Part shown: piece after piece, positions 15,634-24,290 of the stretch
How the letters are laid out: each line of letters opens with the position of its first letter
How positions within the stretch are numbered: position 1 is the stretch's first letter
Source of the DNA: a bacterium
GTDB taxonomy: Bacteria > Actinomycetota > Acidimicrobiia > Acidimicrobiales > CATQHL01
Length of the DNA stretch: 64,000 nt
NCBI GenBank assembly: GCA_026708055.1
Contig: JAPOVS010000021.1
Coordinates: 10,451-74,450 of the forward strand
Direction of reading: 5' to 3'
Position numbers and translations under genes: made by a program
Notes under the pieces: model-generated
Seen by the model: the letters and a program-made list of their open reading frames with translations, nothing else
Told to the model about the DNA's origin: nothing
The model's database searches: none

Positions 15634-16932
15634 TCAGGGACCGAGCGCAGTGATGGGTACGACTGTGGCGCCGTCGGGGTGTTCGTAGCCGTAGCCGCCC
15701 GCGGTGATCACCAGCAAGCGGGACGGTTGGGCTGTGCGATCGGTGTCGATGTTGTCGGCTAGGCGCCTGAGCGATCGGACGGCTCTGTTGATGCCGGCCT
15801 CGCCGCCGAGCTTGATCTCCGCGGCCAGCCAGCGGCCGTCGGGTCGCCTCACGATTGCGTCCACCTCGAGTCCGTTGCTGTCCCGGTAGTGGGACAGCTC
15901 GCAGCCGGTGGCCTGGCCGTAGATGCGCAGGTCGCGGACGACCAACGACTCGAAGAGTTGTCCGGCGAACCGAAGGTCGACCATGACCGCTTCGACGGTG
16001 GAGGCCAGCGCCGCGGCGGCCAGTGACGGGTCCGCCAGATGGCGCTTCGAGGATCCCCGCAGTTGGGCGCGCGACATGATGTGCGGCTTCCATGCCGGTA
16101 GGTCCTCGATCACGAACAGGCGCTCGAGTGCCGCCACGTACGAGGCGACCGTGAGACGGTGGACCGGCCCGATGTCGGCGTCCTCGCCGTCCTCGCCGGC
16201 GGTGTCGGCTGCGAGGGTCGTGAAGCTGGCCTCGGAGGCGGTGTTGCGCGCCAGGGACTCCAGGAGGCGCCGGACGCCTGCGGGGCTGCGGGAGACGCCG
16301 TCGACGCGGGAGACGTCAGTGCGGCTGATCTCGTCGAGATAGCCCCGCAGCAGGCGCAGCGACGTGGCCTGGTCGGCGGTGGTTCTGACAAGGTTCGGCC
16401 ACCCGCCGCGGCAGGCCATCTCCATGATGTCGCCGAGGCGGTGCCCGGAGTCGCCGGCGCCTCGCCGGCCGACTTCGAAGAGGCGTGCGAGCGAGACGCT
16501 CCCGCTGGATTCGCCGGACTCGAACAGGCTCATGGGGCGCATCCGCACGCGCAGCACCCGCCCGGTGCCGGAGTGGCGGGTGATGTCGTCGGGCGGGTCG
16601 GCGGACCCGGTCAGGATGAACTGTCCCGGCCGCCCCCGGTCGTCGCACGCCCGCCGCATCGGGTTCCAGATGCCCGGTGCCAGTTGCCACTCGTCGAGCA
16701 GGCGCGGCGGTGTGCCCTCCAGCAGCACCGCGGGGTCCACGTTGGCCGCCAGCCGGGCACTCACAGTTGCGTCCAGCAGTTGCTCGCTGGCCGCGAACCG
16801 TTTGGCGGTCGAGGTCTTGCCGCAGGCCCGGGGACCCTCGATCAGCACCGCAGGCGCGGCGGCCAGCGCGTCCCGCATCTCGGCGTCCACGACACGCGGG
16901 AGGTAACCGGTCGGTCCAAGATCCTCGTTCAC
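15634..16932 (-). CDS. ATP-binding protein (AAA_14 + DUF4143 family), second paralogue
   Basis: LIEGPRACGKTS, LLDEWQLAP and C-terminal YRDSNGLEVDAIV..AAEIK. Confidence 0.8.
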   Translation of the reverse strand: MNEDLGPTGYLPRVVDAEMRDALAAAPAVLIEGPRACGKTSTAKRFAASEQLLDATVSARLAANVDPAVLLEGTPPRLLDEWQLAPGIWNPMRRACDDRGRPGQFILTGSADPPDDITRHSGTGRVLRVRMRPMSLFESGESSGSVSLARLFEVGRRGAGDSGHRLGDIMEMACRGGWPNLVRTTADQATSLRLLRGYLDEISRTDVSRVDGVSRSPAGVRRLLESLARNTASEASFTTLAADTAGEDGEDADIGPVHRLTVASYVAALERLFVIEDLPAWKPHIMSRAQLRGSSKRHLADPSLAAAALASTVEAVMVDLRFAGQLFESLVVRDLRIYGQATGCELSHYRDSNGLEVDAIVRRPDGRWLAAEIKLGGEAGINRAVRSLRRLADNIDTDRTAQPSRLLVITAGGYGYEHPDGATVVPITALGP

Positions 16933-17025
16933 GGCGCGTTCAGCAGATCCTCCAGCTTGTCCGGGTGCATCGAGTATAGTCTGGACATCAACTTATGGAT
17001 GCTCAATACATCAATAAATAGATAC

Positions 17026-17176
17026 TTAGAGCATTAGCGGATAGGCAGCCACCACCGACTGGAGAATTCTCCCGTCATTCCGGCGAAGGCCGGAATCTAG
17101 GCTCCGGCGACACGATTCGCGCCGCCGCAGTCGACTGCAAAGCGCCTGCTCAGCGCCTATCCGCTAACGCTCTTAA
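17026..17176. mobile_element. MITE-like 151-bp element with imperfect terminal inverted repeats
   Basis: Left end TTA-GAGCATTAGCGGATAGGC versus reverse complement of the right end TTAA-GAGCGTTAGCGGATAGGC (17/18 identical). TTA/TTAA at both flanks. The core carries a REP-like hairpin (17074-17101). Confidence 0.6.
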
Positions 17177-17234
17177 TGTCTTGCCGACGATCTGAGGGGG
17201 AGAGACGGAGCGCTCGTCGGTACGATCCTCGCCG

Positions 17235-17936
17235 ATGGGTGAGTCAGACGCTGCTGGCGGGGCTGGGCCGGCTTCGGCGCGGACTCGGGTTCGACGGGGT
17301 GCGCCGCGGGCCCGGTATGAGCGGGACGAGGTGCTGGGGATCCTGGATGCCGGGCTGATCGCGCATGTGGGGGTGACGACGCCCGATGGGCCGCTGGTGC
17401 TGCCGATGGCGTACGGGCGGGACGAGGAGCGGCTTTACCTGCACGGCGCCGCCGCGAACCATCTGCTCGGCACGGGGGAGGGCGGGGAGATCTGCGTCAC
17501 CGTCACGCACCTGGACGGGCTGGTGATGGCCCGCACGCCGTTCCACAACTCGATGAACTATCGCTCGGTGGTGGTGCGAGGGAAGGCCGCGCGCATCGAC
17601 GGCGAGGAGCGCAAGCGCTACGCCCTGCAGCTCATCACCGACCACGTCGTGGCCAACTGGGACACGTCCCGGCCGCCGTCGGGGATCGACCTGCGGCGGA
17701 CTCTGGTGCTGGAGCTGCCGCTGGCGGAGGCGTCGGCCAAGGTGCGCACCGGCGACCCGATCGACGAGCCCGAGGACATCGCCGGGCCGTGGTGGGCCGG
17801 TGTGGTGCCCGTCAGCACCCGCTTCGAGGCGCCGGTGGTCTCCGCCGACTACACCGGTGACGCCGGGCCGCCGGCGGCGGTCGCGGATCTCGCCGGTCGC
17901 AGCCCCGACGACCGGGCGCCACCAGCCCGTAGGTAG
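17235..17936 (+). CDS. pyridoxamine 5'-phosphate oxidase family (FMN-binding split-barrel) protein
   Basis: RYERDEVLGILDAGLIAHVGV..PLVLPMAY..LYLHGA..NYRSVVVRGKA. Confidence 0.7.
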   Translation: MGESDAAGGAGPASARTRVRRGAPRARYERDEVLGILDAGLIAHVGVTTPDGPLVLPMAYGRDEERLYLHGAAANHLLGTGEGGEICVTVTHLDGLVMARTPFHNSMNYRSVVVRGKAARIDGEERKRYALQLITDHVVANWDTSRPPSGIDLRRTLVLELPLAEASAKVRTGDPIDEPEDIAGPWWAGVVPVSTRFEAPVVSADYTGDAGPPAAVADLAGRSPDDRAPPARR

Positions 17937-17944
17937 GGGGCGCG

Positions 17945-18925
17945 GTGAGGTTCGGTGGCACTGTCGAGTTGCACCTGCACATGGACATCTGCATGTCCTT
18001 CGAGGCGGTGGCGTCGCTGGACCCGAGCGTCGACGCCGACGCGTACCGGCGAGACTTCGTCGGCCCGGAGCGGTTCGATTCGCTCGTCTCGTTCCTGGCG
18101 TCGACCGGCCGCCACATCGACCTGTTGCAGACCGAGCGCGGGCTGCGGACCTGCATGCGCGACCTGCGAGCGCAACTGGCGGCCGACGATGCGCTGCACG
18201 CCGAGCCGCGGTTCGCTCCCCTGCAGCACCTCGAGGGCGACCTCACTGCCCGTGAGGCGGTCGAGATCGTGGTCGAGGAGGCGCGCGACTGGCAGCGGGA
18301 CGGGCTGAGCTGCGCGGTCATCCTCTGCACGCTCCGCCACTACAGCGAGGCCGAGAGCATCCAGACCGCAGAGCTCGCCACGGCGCTGCACAGCGAGGAC
18401 CTGCCTGTGGCTTTCGACCTGGCCGGAGACGAGGCCGGCTACCCGCTGGCGACCCATCTGCGGGCCTTCGAGATCGTGCGTGGGGCCGGTGCGCCCTTCA
18501 CGGTCCACGCCGGGGAGGCGGTCGGCGCCGAGAGCGTGGCAGAGGTGCTCGACTGCCTGCAGCCCCGGCGGATCAGCCACGGCGTCCGGTCGATCGAGGA
18601 CCCCGCCGTGGTGGCCCGCCTGGTGCGCGAGGGCGTACACCTGGAGGCCTGCCCTTCCTCCAACGTGCAGACCAGCACGGCGCCGTCCATCGCCGAGCAC
18701 CCCATCGACGCGCTCGCGGCGGCGGGCGTCTCGATCGGCATCTCCACCGACCAGCGGGGCATCACCGACACCACCCTCACCAACGAGATGCGCCTCCTCG
18801 TCGACGCCTTCGGGTGGGACCGGGCGGTGCTGGCACGCCGCCAACTGGACGCGCTGGAAGCCGCGTTCGTGACCGAGCCGAAGCGCGCCCGGCTGCGGGA
18901 GCGGCTCGTGGCGAGCTGGGCCTAG
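17945..18925 (+). CDS. add: adenosine deaminase family protein
   Basis: VELHLHMD, FDLAGDE, TVHAGE and ISTDQRGI metal/catalytic motifs. GTG start. Confidence 0.8.
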   Translation: MRFGGTVELHLHMDICMSFEAVASLDPSVDADAYRRDFVGPERFDSLVSFLASTGRHIDLLQTERGLRTCMRDLRAQLAADDALHAEPRFAPLQHLEGDLTAREAVEIVVEEARDWQRDGLSCAVILCTLRHYSEAESIQTAELATALHSEDLPVAFDLAGDEAGYPLATHLRAFEIVRGAGAPFTVHAGEAVGAESVAEVLDCLQPRRISHGVRSIEDPAVVARLVREGVHLEACPSSNVQTSTAPSIAEHPIDALAAAGVSIGISTDQRGITDTTLTNEMRLLVDAFGWDRAVLARRQLDALEAAFVTEPKRARLRERLVASWA

Positions 18926-19087
18926 TGTCCTGAGTTCCAAGTTCATGAGGATATGGCGTGGCCTCAACCGTTCGCCTTGGCGCGAAACCGCTGTTGAGAG
19001 GCTTGCTAACCTCACCAGATACCTCCGCCGAACTTCCGGCTCAGGACACTAGGAGGCTGCTGAGCAATGCTCTCGACGCCCCGACAC

Positions 19088-19115
19088 GTCATTCCGGCGA
19101 AGGCCGGAATCCAGG
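19088..19115 (+). repeat. REP-like palindrome GTCATTCCGGCGAAGGCCGGAATCCAGG
   Basis: Matches 17074-17101 except for one base. Its reverse-strand translation gives the IPAFAGMT artefact in track ORF 19012..19332. Confidence 0.85.
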
Positions 19116-19451
19116 ACTTCGCCGCCCGACCGGTGTGAGGCGTTGATTGTCCTGCAGTTTCCTGGTTGTGCATTCTGGGGTGGTGGAATCCCCGGCTCGC
19201 CTCGTGGTGGGCGTCGAGGGGTTTGGCCCCGAGGACGCTTGCCGTCTTGGTGAGGAATACTTGCCCTTCAACGACGGCTACTTCTGCCACTACTAACTGA
19301 TCGCTGGTGCTCTCCGCATTCCTCCCAACCAACCGGATGAGCAGCTCCTGGGAACAAATCCGGTGTGGGATCCGGGGCCCGTGTCCGCCAGTGGGGTGTC
19401 GATATAGTCATGATTGTCGTATAAGATAGTGAGAATCTTGCTCCTGTTAGG

Positions 19452-20063
19452 CTATTCAATGCCGTAAGCATTATAAACGTAATCAATTGCTCGTTGAAAG
19501 TGTTGAGCATAATCTCTGTTCATCTGCTCAATTCGTTGCTGGAATTCTTCAGTTAAATTATCGGGGCTACTGATTAGAGCACCCGTATCGCAATCATATT
19601 TATATGTTACTTTGCCGAGAAGATTGCCAGATTCATCCCACAAAGAGTATATTCTTGCGACAAGTACAATACCTCGATAAAGACTTCCAATAAGCGGTCT
19701 ATCATTATCGTCAGCACGTAGCACTATGCTTGTATATTCTGATATGCATCTATATTTTGCATATATATCCTCATCAGTCTCAGCTTCTGGCTCAGTCTCT
19801 ACGGGTAGAGGAATCTCTCCGACTACGGGTAGGGATTCGTCTTCGTCGGTCTCGGCTGGGGCGGTTGCGCTGTTGAGTGTGAGTGGTGTGCTGGCGAGCC
19901 AGCGGCCTTGGGTGGCGGCGGGGGGCAGGAACCGGGCCCGGGGCAGGATGCGGTCCCCCCAGGCGGTTCCGTGGATGCGTTGTTGGAGGGCGAACTCGGC
20001 GCGGCCGTCGGCGACGCGGCGGGCGACTATGCGGACCTCGGTCTCGTGCTCGGAGGTCTGCGC
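19452..20063 (-). pseudogene. N-terminally truncated paralogue of the 13980 secreted protein, with an unrelated low-GC C-terminal part
   Basis: VRIVARRVADGRAEFALQ..ILPRARFL matches the 13980 gene module. There is no signal peptide or start. The track ORF only stays open by reading antisense through vapC copy 2. Confidence 0.55.
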
Positions 20064-20087
20064 CGAGGCGGGCGAGGTGGCGGCTAG

Positions 20088-20507
20088 GTGGCACGGGCCA
20101 CCTTCCTGGCTGACACAAGCGTCTTCGCCGGGCTGTCCAAGCCGGCGGTGGCGGCTGCGGTGTCCCCGTTGATCTTCGACGGGGACGTGGCCGTCTGCGC
20201 GCCTGTGGTCTTCGAGCTCGGATTCAGCGCTCGGAGCGGAGTGGATCACGAAGCGTTGCTGAGCCGGATGGATGCCTTCGAGTCGGTTCCCGTCACCGAC
20301 GGTGACCATCAACGATCCATCGACATCCAGGGTCGGCTAGCCGAGCAGGGAGCACACCGGGCGGTCTCCCTGGTCGACGCTCTCGTGGCCGCCGTTGCGG
20401 AGAGCCGTGACCTGACGGTGCTGCACTATGACGGCGACTTCGAGACCATCGCTCGGATCACCGGCCAGCCCCACCGCTGGGCCGTCGAGCGAGGCACAGC
20501 GGACTGA
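20088..20507 (+). CDS. vapC: PIN-domain toxin VapC, copy 2 (no cognate vapB)
   Basis: 139 aa with 14 differences from copy 1 by my count. The upstream 30 nt also match the tail of vapB. Confidence 0.75.
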   Translation: MARATFLADTSVFAGLSKPAVAAAVSPLIFDGDVAVCAPVVFELGFSARSGVDHEALLSRMDAFESVPVTDGDHQRSIDIQGRLAEQGAHRAVSLVDALVAAVAESRDLTVLHYDGDFETIARITGQPHRWAVERGTAD

Positions 20508-20547
20508 CGCCGGTCTGGCGTTTACTGCTCGAAGGCTCCGAAAGCCG

Positions 20548-21288
20548 TCACGCCACGACGACGCGTCGTTCGAGGCGTCCGATGGCGAAGACGACGAGTG
20601 CGCCTCCCACGCCGATGAACAGGATGGCCGCGTACAGCTCCTCGACGGCGAAGGCGCCGCCGTAGCGCTGGATGATCCCGCCCAGGCCGATGAGGCCCAC
20701 GATCTGCTCGGCGATGATGGCGCCCTTGACGGCGCGTCCCGCTGCCAGGCGGATGCCGGCGACGACCAGTGGCAACGCGGCCGGGAGCATGACCCGGCGC
20801 AGCATGAGGGGCCATGCCGCCTCGAACGAGTGGGCCATGGCCACCTGCTCGGGGTCGACGCCGCCGATGCCCGCTGCGGTGTTGAGGACGAGCACGGGCA
20901 GCGTGTAGACGACGATGACCGCCATGATGGTCGGCCGGCCCAGACCGAAGATGCTGATGATCACGGGGATCACGCTGACGAGCGGGAGCGAGAGGCCGAG
21001 CGTGAGGTAGGGGTCCAGCGACCAGCGGGCCGGTCGCGCCACGGCCATGGCCACACCGAGCAACACGCCGGCCACGACGGTGAGAGGGAATGCGATCACG
21101 ATGGCCAACACCGTCGAGACCATCCCGTCGAGAAAGCGCTCGTCGGTCACCAGGTGGCGGAGGGTAGCGGCCACCGAGTGGAACGGCGGCAGCGCCGAGG
21201 AGAGGCCGAGCCGGCCGACGACCTCCCAGGCCGCCAGCGCGACGGCGACCGAGGCGACCTGGAGGATGCGGGTGCGATGCCTCCTCAA
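20548..21288 (-). CDS. ABC transporter permease (NitT/TauT family)
   Basis: Multi-TM sequence with the EAA-like loop AHSFEAAWPLMLRRVMLPAALP. TTG start overlaps the upstream stop (TTGA). Confidence 0.8.
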   Translation of the reverse strand: MRRHRTRILQVASVAVALAAWEVVGRLGLSSALPPFHSVAATLRHLVTDERFLDGMVSTVLAIVIAFPLTVVAGVLLGVAMAVARPARWSLDPYLTLGLSLPLVSVIPVIISIFGLGRPTIMAVIVVYTLPVLVLNTAAGIGGVDPEQVAMAHSFEAAWPLMLRRVMLPAALPLVVAGIRLAAGRAVKGAIIAEQIVGLIGLGGIIQRYGGAFAVEELYAAILFIGVGGALVVFAIGRLERRVVVA

Positions 21289-22091
21289 GCCGGACCCTCC
21301 CTGGACTCCATGTCGATCCGCTGCATGCCTTCGAGCTTGGACCACAGGAGGTTGGTGAACTCGTTGTACTCGGCGCTCGAGGTGATCTCGTGTTGGCGGG
21401 GGCGCCCGAACGGGACGTCGATGATCTCCTCGATGCGACCTGGCCGGGTGTTCATCAGCACGACCCTGTCGGACAGGAAGACCGCCTCGTCCATGCTGTG
21501 GGTGACGAACGCGGCCGTCCGCGGTTCGGAGTCCTGCCAGAGGGCGAGGAGGTCCTTCTGCATCAGCTGGCGGGTCAGGGCGTCGAGCGCCCCGAAAGGC
21601 TCGTCCATGAGCAGGTTGGCTGGATCGACCGCCAGGGCGCGGGCTATGCCGACCCTCTGCTGCATGCCGCCGGAGAGTTCCCGCGGGTAGTGGTTCTCGA
21701 AGCCCACCAGGCCCACGCGGGCCAGCTGCTCGGCGGCCACGCGGTGGCGCTCCTCCTTCTTCATGCCGCGGGCCTCGAGGCCGAAGGCGGCGTTGTCGAG
21801 AACCGTGGCCCACGGGAGCAGGACGAAGTTCTGGAACACGAGGGCCCGGTTGGGCCCGGGCCCGTCCACGACCTCGCCGTCCACGGCGACGGTGCCGGCA
21901 GTGGGCCTGAGGAGGCCGGCGATGATCTTCAGCAGCGTGGTCTTGCCGCATCCCGACGGGCCGATGATCGTGGTGAACTGGCCGTCGTCGATGGTGAAGG
22001 TCACGTCGCCGAGGGCCTGGAACGGTTCGCCGTCGCGCTCGAAGGTCATGCCGACATTGCGCAGCTCGATCACGCCGCCGCTCCTCTCCAT
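21285..22091 (-). CDS. ABC transporter ATP-binding protein
   Basis: GPSGCGKTT, LSGGMQQRVGIARAL, LLMDEPFGALD. Confidence 0.9.
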   Translation of the reverse strand: MERSGGVIELRNVGMTFERDGEPFQALGDVTFTIDDGQFTTIIGPSGCGKTTLLKIIAGLLRPTAGTVAVDGEVVDGPGPNRALVFQNFVLLPWATVLDNAAFGLEARGMKKEERHRVAAEQLARVGLVGFENHYPRELSGGMQQRVGIARALAVDPANLLMDEPFGALDALTRQLMQKDLLALWQDSEPRTAAFVTHSMDEAVFLSDRVVLMNTRPGRIEEIIDVPFGRPRQHEITSSAEYNEFTNLLWSKLEGMQRIDMESREGPA

Positions 22092-22906
22092 CGTTGCGTG
22101 CGCCGCTCGAGCGCCTGCATGAGTGCGTGGACGGCGAGCGCGAAGATCGCCAGGGAGACCACGACGGCGTAGAGCCGGGGCGCCTGGAAGAGGTCCCGGC
22201 TCCGGCTGATGAGCTTGCCCACGCCGACCGAGACCAGCAGCAGCTCCATGACGACCATGCCGACGACGGCGCGCCCGGTTCCCACCCGGACCGCCGCGGC
22301 GATGCCCGGGGCCGCTCCGGGGAGGATGATGCGCGTCAGCCGCCTGATGCGCCGCAGGCCGAACGATCGACCCATGTCCATGAGGTCCCTGTCGACGAAC
22401 CGCACACCTGAGGCGGTGGTGAGGGTGACCTCGACGATGGCGAAGAGGAACACGACGGCGGAGCGGGCCACCAGGTCGATGCCGAACACGATCACCACGA
22501 CCGGTACCAGCGTGGAGACCGGCAGGGTGTTGAAGAAGCCCAGGTGCGGCATCGACACCGTCGTGACGGGCCTGCTGAGGCCCATGACGAGGCCCAGCGT
22601 CAGGCCCAGGACCAGCGCGGAGGCCCACCCGTAGAAGAACGGCTCGAGCGTCGTGGCGTACGACGCCCAGAACTCGCGCTCACGGATCAGATCCCAGAAG
22701 GCGGACGCGATCGACGGGACCGTGGGGGTGAAGAGCTGGTCACCCGCCGTGCGCGTGTAGATGTCCCATGCCAGCAGCCCGACTATCACCGACAGCACGC
22801 CGACGACCAGGCGCGGCCCGTGGCCGGCCACGCGCGCTCGGAGCGCCGCAGCGCGCGGCCTCTCCGCCGTGGCCTGGCCGGGAAGTTGTGTCGGTTGGTC
22901 GGCCAC
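22070..22906 (-). CDS. ABC transporter permease (NitT/TauT family)
   Basis: Multi-TM sequence. MGRSFGLRRIRRLTRIILPGAAP is the EAA-type loop. Confidence 0.8.
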   Translation of the reverse strand: MADQPTQLPGQATAERPRAAALRARVAGHGPRLVVGVLSVIVGLLAWDIYTRTAGDQLFTPTVPSIASAFWDLIREREFWASYATTLEPFFYGWASALVLGLTLGLVMGLSRPVTTVSMPHLGFFNTLPVSTLVPVVVIVFGIDLVARSAVVFLFAIVEVTLTTASGVRFVDRDLMDMGRSFGLRRIRRLTRIILPGAAPGIAAAVRVGTGRAVVGMVVMELLLVSVGVGKLISRSRDLFQAPRLYAVVVSLAIFALAVHALMQALERRTQRWRGAAA

Positions 22907-22924
22907 GGCGGCGAGTCTTGTCGG

Positions 22925-23926
22925 TCAGCCGTCCAGTTCGCTCAGCGCAGACCGGAGGTACGAGAAGTCGAAGTACTTCGCCAGGCCGGCGTCATCGGTC
23001 GGCACCGCGATGTCGATCTCCTCCACGTCGTTGAAGAACTGCAGCGTGTCCAGCGCCCGGGCCGGGGTCAGCAACCCGTCGGCGGGCCAGAGACCTCGCT
23101 CGGAGTACTCGACGACGAGCTCTTCGAGGACGTCGCTGTCCATCTCGGGGAGCCGTTCCTCGGCCAGCTGCAGCGCGTAGTCGCTGTCCGCGGTGAGCTT
23201 GCGCATCGCCGCCACGACGGCCTCGACGACGCTGGTGGCGAGTTCGGGGTTGTCCTCGGCCCACTCGCGATCCAGCCACATGTCCTGCTCGATGAGCTCG
23301 GGGAACTCCTCGCCGATTGTGCTGAGCACCTTGAACTTGCCGGGGTACGTCTTGGCGAGCTGCACGATGTCGGGCAGGTCGATGACGGACGCGTCGATCT
23401 GACCCTGCGCCAGCGCTTCGGCGCGCACCTCCGAGCCCGGAATGATCAGCTCCTCGTACGTGAAGCCGTGCAGCCTGCTGAAGTACTGCGACACGGCCCG
23501 GGTGAACGAGGCCTCGCCGTGCACGGCCAGGCGTTTGCCCTCGAGGTCGGCGAACGAGTTGATGTCGGGTGCGACGGCGAGGGCCCACGTGGGTCGCTGC
23601 GTGGCGACGACGTCGACGATGTTCGCCCCCGCTTCGACGGCGGGAACGCCGACATTGACGCCGATGTTGTTGGCGATCTGAGCGTCGCCCCGCGTCACGG
23701 CCTGGATGGCGGTCGACGCATCCTCGAGGAACCGTTGCTCGACGATGATGCCCTCTTCGGCGAGGATCTCCCAGGCGGCCGTGGAGACGAGTGAGATGAA
23801 GTCCTCACTCGAACCGGCGACCGCGACCAGGCTGACGTCCTCGTCGTCGTCCCCACAGGCTGCGCCCAGTAAGGCGACGGCAAGCACCGCCGCAAGTAGC
23901 CGCCAACGTGTACTTCTGAGTCCCAT
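22925..23926 (-). CDS. ABC transporter substrate-binding lipoprotein (NMT1/SsuA-like)
   Basis: Lipobox LLGAACG and a periplasmic-binding-like body. First gene of the 4-gene minus-strand operon. Confidence 0.75.
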   Translation of the reverse strand: MGLRSTRWRLLAAVLAVALLGAACGDDDEDVSLVAVAGSSEDFISLVSTAAWEILAEEGIIVEQRFLEDASTAIQAVTRGDAQIANNIGVNVGVPAVEAGANIVDVVATQRPTWALAVAPDINSFADLEGKRLAVHGEASFTRAVSQYFSRLHGFTYEELIIPGSEVRAEALAQGQIDASVIDLPDIVQLAKTYPGKFKVLSTIGEEFPELIEQDMWLDREWAEDNPELATSVVEAVVAAMRKLTADSDYALQLAEERLPEMDSDVLEELVVEYSERGLWPADGLLTPARALDTLQFFNDVEEIDIAVPTDDAGLAKYFDFSYLRSALSELDG

Positions 23927-24193
23927 GATGCCCCCCCGGACTGGTCTGAATCAGCGGCCTCGCATTCCTGCTGAGCCGAACGAATCCTAGACTTCCGGCT
24001 CGCCGCGGGGCAAGGGGCCAACACCCGTCTGAGCAGGGAAAAATCGGTTCTCTGAACCCAATCTGAACTCTTTTCACTGGCGTTGTACTGCGGGGATCAC
24101 GAAGAGCGGAATCCGACGGGCGAATCGACTCGGGGCCGCAGCGCGGCGCGGGGTGGTGACCGCGGGATGGTCGAGCGCGGTACTGCGGACCGG

Positions 24194-24250
24194 CGCCGGG
24201 CCGCCGGCGCCGGTCGGGGACCTCGCCGGTCGCAGCCCCGACGACCGGGC
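24194..24250 (+). repeat. 57-bp copy of the 3' end of the 17235 PPOX-family gene
   Basis: cgccgggccgccggcg.cggtcg.gga.ctcgccggtcgcagccccgacgaccgggc matches 17861-17917 at about 53/57 positions. Confidence 0.8.
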
Positions 24251-24290
24251 ACGCCCCGCACCCGCCGACTGACGCCGCGGTCACCGGCGC

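Noticed and set aside
19012-19332. 106-aa minus ORF (..SWIPAFAGMTCRG..) and a 46-codon plus ORF ending ..EEYLPFNDGYFCHY (about 19158-19298)
   Set aside because: The first is a translation through the REP-like palindrome. The second is short, starts at TTG right after a stop, and matches nothing I recognise.
20548-21951. 467-aa track ORF as a single protein; likewise 21285..22628 and 25301..26353
   Set aside because: The N-terminal parts are shadow sequence overlapping the upstream genes. Real starts were placed at 21288 (TTG), 22091 (ATG) and 26122 (ATG) from motif onset and overlap or SD context.
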